From: a virus
Lineage: Duplodnaviria > Caudoviricetes
Length of the DNA: 64,000 nt
Virus record (IMG/VR): IMGVR_UViG_3300036770_005357
Reading direction: 5' to 3' (one strand)
Below the pieces are notes generated by a model that worked only from the letters and a program-made list of their open reading frames with translations, was not told the origin of the DNA and did not search any database. Made by a program: the position numbers and the translations under genes. Below are positions 45,654 through 53,324 of the stretch, piece by piece (the first letter of the stretch is position 1; each line of letters starts with the position of its first letter).

Positions 45654-45845
45654 TCAATCCTCTGTATCAGCTTTTTCTACAGTGGGAGAGATGATGGGGA
45701 TACGGACAGTGAAGATGATGCGGCTAATTTCGTTGAAGACGATCTTGACAAAAGTGACCGTCAACAAATAAATCAACAATACAAAGGCAATTGCCATACA
45801 GTAATTGCTGATACTAGATGTAATATGTTTAAAAAACTCAGTCAT
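45654..45845 (-). CDS. Small TM protein
   Basis: ORF track. Confidence 0.5.
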   Translation of the reverse strand: MTEFFKHITSSISNYCMAIAFVLLIYLLTVTFVKIVFNEISRIIFTVRIPIISPTVEKADTED

Positions 45846-45872
45846 ATTAATTATGAATAGTGTTCTTGATTA

Positions 45873-46157
45873 TCAAAACCAGTAATACATTTCTATAGCT
45901 TCAGAACAGCGTGCTTTTGACCACAAAGCAGCAGACTTTTTCGCTATTGATTTGGTATTGTCACTTTCATCATATTCAAAATAATTCCGTTTACCACCGG
46001 GAGAAAATGCAACATATTGCATGTTATCAACATCGTGCCAATACTTTCCTTTAGCAAGTTGTTTTGCTTGTTTTACTTCAACCTTAGTAGCAAATTTACC
46101 ACTATATGGATTATATGGATTTATACAACCCGCTATAAACTTCTGTCGGCTAGTCAT
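45873..46157 (-). CDS. Hypothetical protein
   Basis: ORF track. Confidence 0.55.
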   Translation of the reverse strand: MTSRQKFIAGCINPYNPYSGKFATKVEVKQAKQLAKGKYWHDVDNMQYVAFSPGGKRNYFEYDESDNTKSIAKKSAALWSKARCSEAIEMYYWF

Positions 46158-46192
46158 ATCTTTTTATAGAATAAGGGGTATCCGCCTAAATG

Positions 46193-46519
46193 TCAAGCAA
46201 CCTTTGCTTCAATCTCAGCCAGTTTCTCAGCGGGAATCAAGCTAATAATTTGACGGGAATACTTAGGAAGCTTACGAAAAGCAATAACAAGTTGTTTAGG
46301 ACTAAGTGTGCGACCCTTGTTAATCTGTTCAGCAAACGAACTTAGTATAAAAGCATCAGTACCGTTGTATCCAACGCCATTGTCGTGTCCCGTGTTTTGA
46401 GCAATCTGCTCGTCAGTCGTCTGCCTCTCCCAGAGCTTCACGATAGCCCTCGTAGCCCAAGTCGGATTGGAGGAGAGCTGCTGCTTCACATATTCAACCA
46501 CTTTCGGATTCAGTTTCAT
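46193..46519 (-). CDS. Conserved early phage protein
   Basis: RAIVKLWERQTTDEQ...NGVGYNGTDAFILSSFAEQ...LSPKQ; promoter cassette. Confidence 0.75.
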   Translation of the reverse strand: MKLNPKVVEYVKQQLSSNPTWATRAIVKLWERQTTDEQIAQNTGHDNGVGYNGTDAFILSSFAEQINKGRTLSPKQLVIAFRKLPKYSRQIISLIPAEKLAEIEAKVA

Positions 46520-46548
46520 CGTGGAAACAGTCTACAGGCTTCTAGGGA

Positions 46549-47148
46549 GAAGTCAAGCGGTAAAAACAAAAAAACTAACAGAAAATTAATCCGTTAGCTT
46601 TTACAAAAATATGTTTATAACTTGTTATTTACCAAATATTCCAATTTTTCCCATTTGTGATTGAAGAACTGGATTTATTTTCTTCAAAACATCTTTGCCC
46701 GTTGGAATGACTCCACCCCACGACCCTGAATATTTCACTTTTACACGATCATTTCCATCCGGTTCAATTTTTATCATAAAATCTGGGGATTTTTTGGATG
46801 TTATTATGATAGTATTTATGGCAGTATCAATACGCACAAGTAAGTCTCTGTCTATGAGAAGAATGTTACCTTTAAGATCATAAAACAATCTGTCAATTAT
46901 AGATTCAATGTTTGATCCACCAGAAGTACTACGAGTGTCTGATGTATCATCTTCATTTAGGTTTAGAAGACATTCTTTGATTAACATTTTTAGTTGGGTT
47001 CTAGTCATAATTTATATATTGGTTATTTGTTATAAATATACGAAAAAAAAAAATAATAAAAAAATTTACTCGTACAGTTTACTAGCTTTTTTGGGGAAGT
47101 CAAGCGGTAAAAACAAAAAAGCTAACAGAAAATTAATCCGTTAGCTTT
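46549..47148. repeat. 53-bp direct repeat (46549-46601, 47096-47148) flanking gene 46625-47008
   Basis: gaagtcaagcggtaaaaacaaaaaa(a/g)ctaacagaaaattaatccgttagcttt. Confidence 0.9.
46625..47008 (-). CDS. Leader-tagged protein
   Basis: MTRTQLKMLIKECLLNLNE. Confidence 0.65.
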   Translation of the reverse strand: MTRTQLKMLIKECLLNLNEDDTSDTRSTSGGSNIESIIDRLFYDLKGNILLIDRDLLVRIDTAINTIIITSKKSPDFMIKIEPDGNDRVKVKYSGSWGGVIPTGKDVLKKINPVLQSQMGKIGIFGK

Positions 47149-47180
47149 GTAATTAATTATAATGATTTAAGTTTAATCCA

Positions 47181-47465
47181 CTACCCGAACAGATCGAAAT
47201 CATCAAAATTATCAACATACCAACTAAAATGACGGGCAAAAGAACGAAAAATGTCAGCCGCTTTGGTTTTTGCTTTTTGAGCTAGATCGGAAAATTGTTG
47301 TTTTTTGACAGGATCGTTTGTTTTCTTACTCAATTCACGATATTCATCTTCCTTTTTTTTCAAAGTAGAATAAGCTAATTTTGCTTTGTTAATCGTGGAT
47401 TTGTCATGATCACTATTTTCAATAATTACTTCTTTGATAAGTTCTTTAAGTTCTTTTTTAGTCAT
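47181..47465 (-). CDS. Leader-tagged protein
   Basis: MTKKELKELIKEVIIE; TATTTATA 4 nt upstream. Confidence 0.7.
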   Translation of the reverse strand: MTKKELKELIKEVIIENSDHDKSTINKAKLAYSTLKKKEDEYRELSKKTNDPVKKQQFSDLAQKAKTKAADIFRSFARHFSWYVDNFDDFDLFG

Positions 47466-47520
47466 ATACTATAAATATATGAGAAAAAAATAATTACAGA
47501 TTATAAAACTTTTATAGATA

Positions 47521-47745
47521 TTATTTTGCGTAATGTATTTTATTAGTGCAATTACCTTTATGTATTAATGTCCAGCCACCTATTTTACCGTTATAAGTCT
47601 GAATATACTCACAACCATCTATAACTTTATTTATATTGGTAGGTATCATCATAAATATAATAACAGAAATAATAATAATGCCCAAGTAAATCAAAGTTTC
47701 ATGCGTTATAAATGCTTTGTTTTTCATAGTTGCTTCTTTCATCAC
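47521..47745 (-). CDS. Small TM protein
   Basis: ORF track; promoter cassette. Confidence 0.6.
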   Translation of the reverse strand: MMKEATMKNKAFITHETLIYLGIIIISVIIFMMIPTNINKVIDGCEYIQTYNGKIGGWTLIHKGNCTNKIHYAK

Positions 47746-47800
47746 GAGAACAGTCTACAGTTTTCTAGGGAGAAGTCAAGCCCCCTTTTTTGGGGGAAAT

Positions 47801-47878
47801 TGGTGGGCCTTGAAGGATTTGAACCATCACTCTCAGCAATTATGAGTTGCGTGTTTTAACCAATTAAACTAAAGGCCC
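47801..47878 (-). tRNA. tRNA-Ile2(CAT) (lysidine type)
   Basis: GGGCCTT acceptor, loop CTCATAA, A73, CCA; resembles ileX-type rather than initiator or elongator Met; own promoter at 47893-47921. Confidence 0.8.
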
Positions 47879-47925
47879 GTTATCTAAAAACTATTGTATC
47901 AAACAACTATGCTTTTGTCAAATAC

Positions 47926-48066
47926 TCAAAGTTCGGTATAACAAACACTCACTGTACGACAATCGCCTTTGTAACGCTTGTACGCTTTTTGTTCTGCTTG
48001 ATTATGGTTGGCAGCCTTAATGTAGCCAACTTCTACGCCGTTGTAATAAACAATAAATGTCTTCAT
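47926..48066 (-). CDS. Small protein (46 aa)
   Basis: Hand translation MKTFIVYYNGVEVGYIKAANHNQAEQKAYKRYKGDCRTVSVCYTEL. Confidence 0.55.
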   Translation of the reverse strand: MKTFIVYYNGVEVGYIKAANHNQAEQKAYKRYKGDCRTVSVCYTEL

Positions 48067-48083
48067 ATCTTTATCAGTAGTTA

Positions 48084-48281
48084 TCAATAATCATATCCAC
48101 GCTCAATAGCATCAGCACAACTATTGCAAATAGCATACTGAGGCTGTATGTTCACCATACGATCACATCGCTTACACCGCTTAGCAACATTCGTACGCTG
48201 ACACTTATGATAGTAATCAACCATCTCAGGCTCATCCATGTTGCTCCAAGTGCCATAATTGTCGTCACAGTAGGTTCTCAT
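48084..48281 (-). CDS. Small zinc-finger protein
   Basis: CKRCDR...ICNSC; promoter cassette. Confidence 0.7.
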   Translation of the reverse strand: MRTYCDDNYGTWSNMDEPEMVDYYHKCQRTNVAKRCKRCDRMVNIQPQYAICNSCADAIERGYDY

Positions 48282-48336
48282 TGTTTTAATAGTCTATCAG
48301 CTTTTTTTAATTTGTCAACAGCTTTTTTTAGAGAAA

Positions 48337-48436
48337 GTATCAATTCGGTTGCATCACACCTAATTTATTCTGCAATGCTTTGAGGACAGGCTCTCCATCC
48401 TCATCCGCTAGGCTACGGATTCCACCGAATTGACAC
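48337..48436 (-). ncRNA. Stand-alone four-way-junction small RNA candidate
   Basis: 13-bp GTGTCAATTCGGT/ACCGAATTGATAC ends; three inner stems; promoter TTGACA-N16-TATTTT at 48441-48468. Confidence 0.55.
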
Positions 48437-48464
48437 CACCAAAATATCAGACTTTTTTAATCTG

Positions 48465-48695
48465 TCAAGCCTTCGGACACTGTTGAAACTCAAGACTCGG
48501 CGCAATCTTCTCCATCACCCTCATCGCTTCGTCCCGACTGTACACCTGAAAAAACAACTCTCCATCTCCACGATACAACCTCCACACCAAACGCTCACGG
48601 TTGTACATCACATACCCAACAATCACCCCTTGGTTGACCAGCGCATCCACCGGTTTTCCGTCAATCTCAGTCACCGTCCAGTTCATCGTTTTCAT
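48465..48695 (-). CDS. Early hypothetical protein
   Basis: ORF track; promoter cassette. Confidence 0.65.
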   Translation of the reverse strand: MKTMNWTVTEIDGKPVDALVNQGVIVGYVMYNRERLVWRLYRGDGELFFQVYSRDEAMRVMEKIAPSLEFQQCPKA

Positions 48696-48729
48696 TACGG
48701 GAAACAGTCTACCAGAAATCTTCAGTCTG

Positions 48730-49005
48730 TCAAGCCCTCACCGTCAACTCGTTCAGCTGTTGAATGGTAGCCCCGCTCATCTCAACCGCCCAATGAACAT
48801 GGTTCATTGCCTCCTTCTTCTTGATTGAATGACCCAGAAACTTAGCACCGTCACCAGTTCCATGATACATTCGCCACCAGTTCTTGCCGTGCTTAGTATC
48901 AACAGGCTTATCAATCATACCCACAGCCTCACCCGCTTGATTGAAAGCGACATGAAGGTTAGGAATCGTGCTCTTGATCTTCTTCCAAGTGATGTAAGTA
49001 ATCAT
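48730..49005 (-). CDS. Early hypothetical protein
   Basis: ORF track; promoter cassette. Confidence 0.65.
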   Translation of the reverse strand: MITYITWKKIKSTIPNLHVAFNQAGEAVGMIDKPVDTKHGKNWWRMYHGTGDGAKFLGHSIKKKEAMNHVHWAVEMSGATIQQLNELTVRA

Positions 49006-49033
49006 ATTACGGGATACAGTGTACCAGCTTTTT

Positions 49034-49171
49034 TTAAGCTGTCAAGCGCTTTTCGGGCTGATAAGTGACGATAGGCGCTGGTTGGATATTCATCGCCGTC
49101 ATCTTGTCAACATAATCACACCACAACAGATAGTTTCGCTGGCCAGACTTCTTGGTTTTGTTCTTCTTCAT
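49034..49171 (-). CDS. Early small protein (45 aa)
   Basis: Hand translation MKKNKTKKSGQRNYLLWCDYVDKMTAMNIQPAPIVTYQPEKRLTA; promoter cassette. Confidence 0.5.
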   Translation of the reverse strand: MKKNKTKKSGQRNYLLWCDYVDKMTAMNIQPAPIVTYQPEKRLTA

Positions 49172-49217
49172 ATTACGGGTAAGAGTGTATCAGGTTTTTT
49201 TCGGTTGTCAAGCCCCT

Positions 49218-49397
49218 TCAGTCCTCGTCAATCATGGAGTCGTCCACCTCAAAGCTGCCCTCAATGTAGCTGCCATCCTCAGGCAATGGAGCACCCTTAG
49301 CCTCATGTATTGCTTCAGCTACACTGTCAGCCTGCACTTCTACATAACCATACATCTGCCAAACAACAGGTACACGATAGGTTTTCATTGCGGTCAT
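49218..49397 (-). CDS. Acidic small protein (59 aa)
   Basis: Hand translation MTAMKTYRVPVVWQMYGYVEVQADSVAEAIHEAKGAPLPEDGSYIEGSFEVDDSMIDED. Confidence 0.65.
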   Translation of the reverse strand: MTAMKTYRVPVVWQMYGYVEVQADSVAEAIHEAKGAPLPEDGSYIEGSFEVDDSMIDED

Positions 49398-49415
49398 ATC
49401 TTTATTTATTTAATT

Positions 49416-49691
49416 TCAGAACCAAAACTCAATACCAATAGTGTCACCCTTGCTATCAAACTGTAATACACCATCCACAACATTACCCACAATATCAAGA
49501 GAAAAACTCAAATCACCCTCCAATACCAACTTGCTATCAGTAATCTCAAAATCCTCAATCTCATATCCATCAGTATCACCATTAAAGTAATACATAACAG
49601 ACGACGGCATATCATTGCCAAATGTATCAACACACTCATTCAAATACTCACGAATCGTCATAGTAACAGTCTCAGTTTTCATTGCATGCAT
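49416..49691 (-). CDS. Acidic hypothetical protein
   Basis: ORF track. Confidence 0.6.
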   Translation of the reverse strand: MHAMKTETVTMTIREYLNECVDTFGNDMPSSVMYYFNGDTDGYEIEDFEITDSKLVLEGDLSFSLDIVGNVVDGVLQFDSKGDTIGIEFWF

Positions 49692-49731
49692 ATCTTTATT
49701 TATTTAACGGTTAATAGTCTATCAGCTTTTT

Positions 49732-49965
49732 TTAATCTGTCAAGCCCCCAGTCATCACCTCAATGTCCATCTTCGTCTCACCCTGTAGTGTTTGCCAACG
49801 ATACCCCGACAAATACTCGTTCACCTGCTCCTGCGTCATATCCACAGCCTCCACCCGACGAGATTGATAGGTAGCACCCTCAAAGTAATGAGGACGAATG
49901 TCACGCCCATACCACTTGTCAGCCCTGCCCCGATCCCACGGTCCTCCATGTCGTTCGTTCATCAT
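49732..49965 (-). CDS. Conserved small phage protein (HGGPWDRG.AD motif)
   Basis: HGGPWDRGRADKWYGRDIRPHYF; promoter cassette. Confidence 0.7.
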   Translation of the reverse strand: MMNERHGGPWDRGRADKWYGRDIRPHYFEGATYQSRRVEAVDMTQEQVNEYLSGYRWQTLQGETKMDIEVMTGGLTD

Positions 49966-50137
49966 GTACACACTCTACACTGCCCACCGAAGAAGTCAAG
50001 CTCCTCCAACCACTTTTTTTAAACTTCTTCCTTTATCGTTAAATTTACCCCACCCCACCCAATACCCTACCGAGACACCATCCAACAAACCAAAGAGGGC
50101 CTGGCGCAATCCTGGCGCTGCCAGGCCCCCGTCAACC

Positions 50138-50443
50138 TCAGACACCAGCCAGACTTTCCAGCTGGGTGTACTCCACACCCTCCTTGGGCGTCCAGTAGAG
50201 ATCCCGCTCGATCTTGAGGCCAAACGGTCCACGAACCGCCTCCAGACCCTCTAGAGACTCAATGCCACCCCATTCCACGCAACCCATACCCAGATCGGCG
50301 TAACCGTAAAGGATGCCATCCTCCATACCAGTGATCAACCAGGTGGCACGACCCCAAGGGGTGAACAGCTTGCAGATCGGATTCGTGTTGTTGTAGCCAG
50401 CCTTGTTGAGCTTGGCAGTCAGTTGTTTCGTCAGTAGCTTCAT
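50138..50443 (-). CDS. DUF2958-like protein
   Basis: KLFTPWGRATWLIT...LYGYADLGMGCVEWG...FGLKIERDLYW; start reassigned to MKLLTK. Confidence 0.85.
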   Translation of the reverse strand: MKLLTKQLTAKLNKAGYNNTNPICKLFTPWGRATWLITGMEDGILYGYADLGMGCVEWGGIESLEGLEAVRGPFGLKIERDLYWTPKEGVEYTQLESLAGV

Positions 50444-50477
50444 CGTGAGACAGACTCTAACAGCTTTTTTTAAAGTG

Positions 50478-50696
50478 TCAAGCCTCCACCAGTTCAACGG
50501 CAGTCAGCTTACCCTGAGCGATTCGGTAGTTCACCGGATCCTCGCTCTCAGCAGCCCGCACATCCTCAACCATCCACCAACGCATCCGAGTCTGCATCGC
50601 ACTCTCAAACGCTTCAACCTCGGTAGCAAACCGAAGACCATTGGTGGCCCACTTACCCTCTACCTTCACTTCCGGCTTCCATGACTTGTTGTTCAT
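50478..50696 (-). CDS. Early conserved small protein
   Basis: SWKPEVKVEGKWATNGLRFATEVEA; promoter cassette. Confidence 0.7.
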   Translation of the reverse strand: MNNKSWKPEVKVEGKWATNGLRFATEVEAFESAMQTRMRWWMVEDVRAAESEDPVNYRIAQGKLTAVELVEA

Positions 50697-50769
50697 ACGG
50701 GACACACTCTACACTGCCGACCGAGGAAGTCAAGCCCCCCTTGAACTTAAAAAAAGTGCTAGGTAGCGC

Positions 50770-50860
50770 TTGACTTCGGCACTGGCCCTGGTAGAGTGTA
50801 TCCAGATCGGCTGACCAAGCCAGGGTAGGGGACCAAGGGCTACCCGAATAGCGTTAACCT
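50770..50860 (+). repeat. Promoter plus G-rich element, copy 2 of 3
   Basis: TTGACT-N16-TAGAGT then CCAGATCGGCTGACCAAGCCAGGGTAGGGGACCAA...CGTTAA. Confidence 0.7.
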
Positions 50861-50934
50861 TAACGCACTTTTTTAACTTTTCTTCGTCGTTTTATTCCAC
50901 GATGAACTATTTATTAATTGACAAAGATATACTT

Positions 50935-51783
50935 ATGATCAACAATGAAATATTAGAGGAGTACTTTATATGGGACGAAAGAAGCTTAACAGAACACCAG
51001 ATGAATTGCGAGAACAGCGTAAACTCAGAGATAAACGATACTACGAACAACACAAAGATAAACTCAACGCAAATAGATTGGAGAGATATTACCGATCCAA
51101 AGTTAAGAAAGAAACTACGAAAGAAAGCTTGGCGGAAAGCTAATGAAGAAAAATTAAAAAAACAAAATAAAGCTTACTACGAAGCTAATAAAGATAAGAA
51201 CCGAGAATATCGTAAAGATTATAATAAAGCTTATAAAAAGGCTAATAAAGAAAAACAAAAAGCTTATAGTAAAGCTTATCGTGATGCTAACAGAGATAAA
51301 AGAAAAACATATCTTGAAGCTAATAAAGATAAACGAAACAAACATCGTAGAAATCGTAAAAAAACCGATATACAATATAAACTATCTAACAACTTGCGAT
51401 CCAGATTAAGAGATGCTATTAGATGTAATTACAAATCAGGCAGTGCAGTAAAAGATTTGGGTTGTAGTATTGAAGAACTTAAAGTTTATTTAGAAAGTAA
51501 GTTTCTACCGGGAATGACTTGGGACAATTATGGATTGTACGGATGGCATATAGATCACATAAAACCATTAGCTAGTTTTGATTTAAGTGATCGTAACCAA
51601 CTATTAGAAGCTTGTCACTACACAAACCTCCAACCGCTTTGGGCCAACGACAACCTATCCAAAGGCGATAAATTTATAAAAAATCCGCTTCAACCGCTTG
51701 ACTTCGGCACTAGTTCTGGTAAAGTAGTCCCAACAGCTGACAAAGCGAGGGTAGGGTACCAGGGGCTGCGTTTATTCCGTTAA
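50935..51783 (+). CDS. HNH homing endonuclease with K/Y-rich helical repeats and overprinted N-terminus
   Basis: LGCSIEELKVYLESKF.PGMTWDNYG..GWHIDHIKPLASFDL...CHYTNLQPLWA.DNLSK; start could be 50902 or 50935. Confidence 0.9.
   Translation: MINNEILEEYFIWDERSLTEHQMNCENSVNSEINDTTNNTKINSTQIDWRDITDPKLRKKLRKKAWRKANEEKLKKQNKAYYEANKDKNREYRKDYNKAYKKANKEKQKAYSKAYRDANRDKRKTYLEANKDKRNKHRRNRKKTDIQYKLSNNLRSRLRDAIRCNYKSGSAVKDLGCSIEELKVYLESKFLPGMTWDNYGLYGWHIDHIKPLASFDLSDRNQLLEACHYTNLQPLWANDNLSKGDKFIKNPLQPLDFGTSSGKVVPTADKARVGYQGLRLFR
50970..51143 (+). CDS. Overlapping basic MGRK peptide, copy 2 (57 aa)
   Basis: MGRKKLNRTPDELREQRKLRDKRYYEQHKDKLNANRLERYYRSKVKKETTKESLAES. Confidence 0.7.
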   Translation: MGRKKLNRTPDELREQRKLRDKRYYEQHKDKLNANRLERYYRSKVKKETTKESLAES

Positions 51784-51790
51784 CGATAAA
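51698..51790 (+). repeat. Promoter plus G-rich element, copy 3 of 3
   Basis: TTGACT-N16-TAAAGT then CAGCTGACAAAGCGAGGGTAGGGTACCAGGGG...CGTTAA. Confidence 0.65.
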
Positions 51791-51847
51791 GTATAAAAAG
51801 CGCACATGCTCTGGGCTTTAACGATAAAGTCCCAGTTAACGATAAAG
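51778..51847 (+). repeat. Three TTAACGATAAAG direct repeats (iteron-like)
   Basis: At 51780, 51818 and 51836; partial fourth at 54130. Confidence 0.8.
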
Positions 51848-51866
51848 CTAAAATTGATAAGTGAAC

Positions 51867-51945
51867 CTAATGACCCCGCGTTCATTAGACAGTCTCATCA
51901 CTCAGTAGGTCGTCTACTGACCCGACCACATTAGGCGCTCTAATG
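51867..51945. other. Three consecutive hairpins
   Basis: CTAATGA/TCATTAG, TCAGTAG/CTACTGA, CATTAG/CTAATG. Confidence 0.7.
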
Positions 51946-52298
51946 GGTTTTTGCGCTGTCAGCACATAAGAACGACTTATCATAACTTACGAAAATTAGG
52001 ATACCTTATTGAAAAATAAATGTACTTGACAAAGAGAGTGAGATGTGTATACATTTGCGCGGGAAACACAAAAAAAGAAAATCAAGCACACATATGCACA
52101 TATATTATAACCGCCATAAAAAAAAGCGATTTGTGCTCGCCAAGCGTGGTTTATAATGCTCTATGCTTATACTTTATTTAATATTTGCATAACTACACTG
52201 TGATTTATTATAAAAGTATGTACATATACACATATGTTTATTGTTATCAAATGATAGTAGATATAATAAAATTGACATATTTATAATGGTGATATAGT

Positions 52299-52502
52299 AT
52301 GAGAACTATGATTAATTTTATAAAGGAAGTGGTTGTGAATGTGTTTATGATGTTTATGGTCATATACTTTGTGTTAGCGATGATAGTGTTTTTGAGTGTG
52401 ATGAGTATTGTATTTTTTGCAGCGATGATAGTAGAAACTACACTAGATACATTGAGTCACATGGTAAAGGGTAGTAATATTACAATAAGGAGGGGCTTAT
52501 AA
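52299..52502 (+). CDS. Small TM protein
   Basis: ORF track; hydrophobicity partly reflects G/T skew. Confidence 0.4.
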   Translation: MRTMINFIKEVVVNVFMMFMVIYFVLAMIVFLSVMSIVFFAAMIVETTLDTLSHMVKGSNITIRRGL

Positions 52503-52532
52503 GGCAAAAAGTGATGTACCTGTTTTTAAGCA

Positions 52533-52585
52533 AAAAAAGCGCTGGGGGGAGGTTAATGAACGAAAAAAGCGCGGGGGGGAGGTTA
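52533..52585 (+). repeat. 23-bp direct repeat with G-run
   Basis: aaaaaagcgc(t/g)ggggggaggtta at 52533 and 52563. Confidence 0.85.
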
Positions 52586-52648
52586 CAAATGGCCTATGTG
52601 GGTGGGGGGTGCTTAGTTATAGGGACTATGGTATGGGGGGTTTAAGAT

Positions 52649-53080
52649 ATGGTTATAAAAGATATATTGAAACAATATCCGATAATTAATCGTGAGTGGA
52701 TATATGTGGATCGTCGTGGTTTGGCGTATAGTATGGCTGAGCATTTTAATGATTATGTTATATTAAATGGTAACGATGTAGATTTGTCTATGACGCGGGA
52801 TATATATGTTAAGGAGTGTATCAGGGCGTATGGAAGTATATGGGGACATTTTGTAAGGAGGGTAGATGGTAACATAGGCAATTTGGCTATAAAGAATGTG
52901 GATATGTGGAATAGGGCGTTTCCTAGGTATAGAAGTAGCAGTGGAATTTATTTGGATCCATATAAGTCTAATATGGTTAGTAGTGATGCTGGTATATTAT
53001 GTGTACATCATACTACTGTAATGGGTAATAGTGTATATTGTTTAGATTTGTATGATTATAGGGGTAGTGTGTATGTATAG
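52649..53080 (+). CDS. Hypothetical protein, paralog of 56383-56838
   Basis: YP..N..W, HFVRR, VD.W.R.FP.Y shared. Confidence 0.65.
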   Translation: MVIKDILKQYPIINREWIYVDRRGLAYSMAEHFNDYVILNGNDVDLSMTRDIYVKECIRAYGSIWGHFVRRVDGNIGNLAIKNVDMWNRAFPRYRSSSGIYLDPYKSNMVSSDAGILCVHHTTVMGNSVYCLDLYDYRGSVYV

Positions 53081-53324
53081 TTGTTATTTATTAAGATGTG
53101 TTGACGGCAGTTATTATTGTGGTATAAGCAACGATGTTGAGGCACGTATTTTGGTACATAACAGTGGTAGGGGTAGTAAATATGTTAGAAGCAGGTTACC
53201 GGCGGTATTGGTGTATGTTGAGGAGTGTGGTAGCAAGAGTGAAGCGATGAAGCGGGAGAGACAGATAAAGAGTATGAGTAGGCAGCAGAAGATACAATTG
53301 ATAGATAGTTATAATAGTATATGA
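53073..53324 (+). CDS. Stand-alone small GIY-YIG nuclease (YhbQ/UPF0213-like)
   Basis: CYLLRCVDGSYYCGISNDVEARILVHNSGRGSKYVRSRLP...AMKRERQIK. Confidence 0.92.
   Translation: MYSCYLLRCVDGSYYCGISNDVEARILVHNSGRGSKYVRSRLPAVLVYVEECGSKSEAMKRERQIKSMSRQQKIQLIDSYNSI

Larger units (their letters stand above)
35727..50735 (-). promoter_or_regulatory. Array of more than 25 early sigma70-type promoters, TTGAC(A/T/G)-N16(17)-TA(G/C/T/A)ACT
   Basis: Plus-strand pattern cat...acagtcta-N16-(a/t)gtcaag in front of most genes, e.g. 46529-46556, 35742-35769, 41539-41566. Confidence 0.85.

Noticed and set aside
35727-50735. Recurring ~35-bp sequences resembling a CRISPR array
   Set aside because: Repeats are degenerate, spaced by whole genes, and match -35/-10 promoter boxes; no cas genes are present
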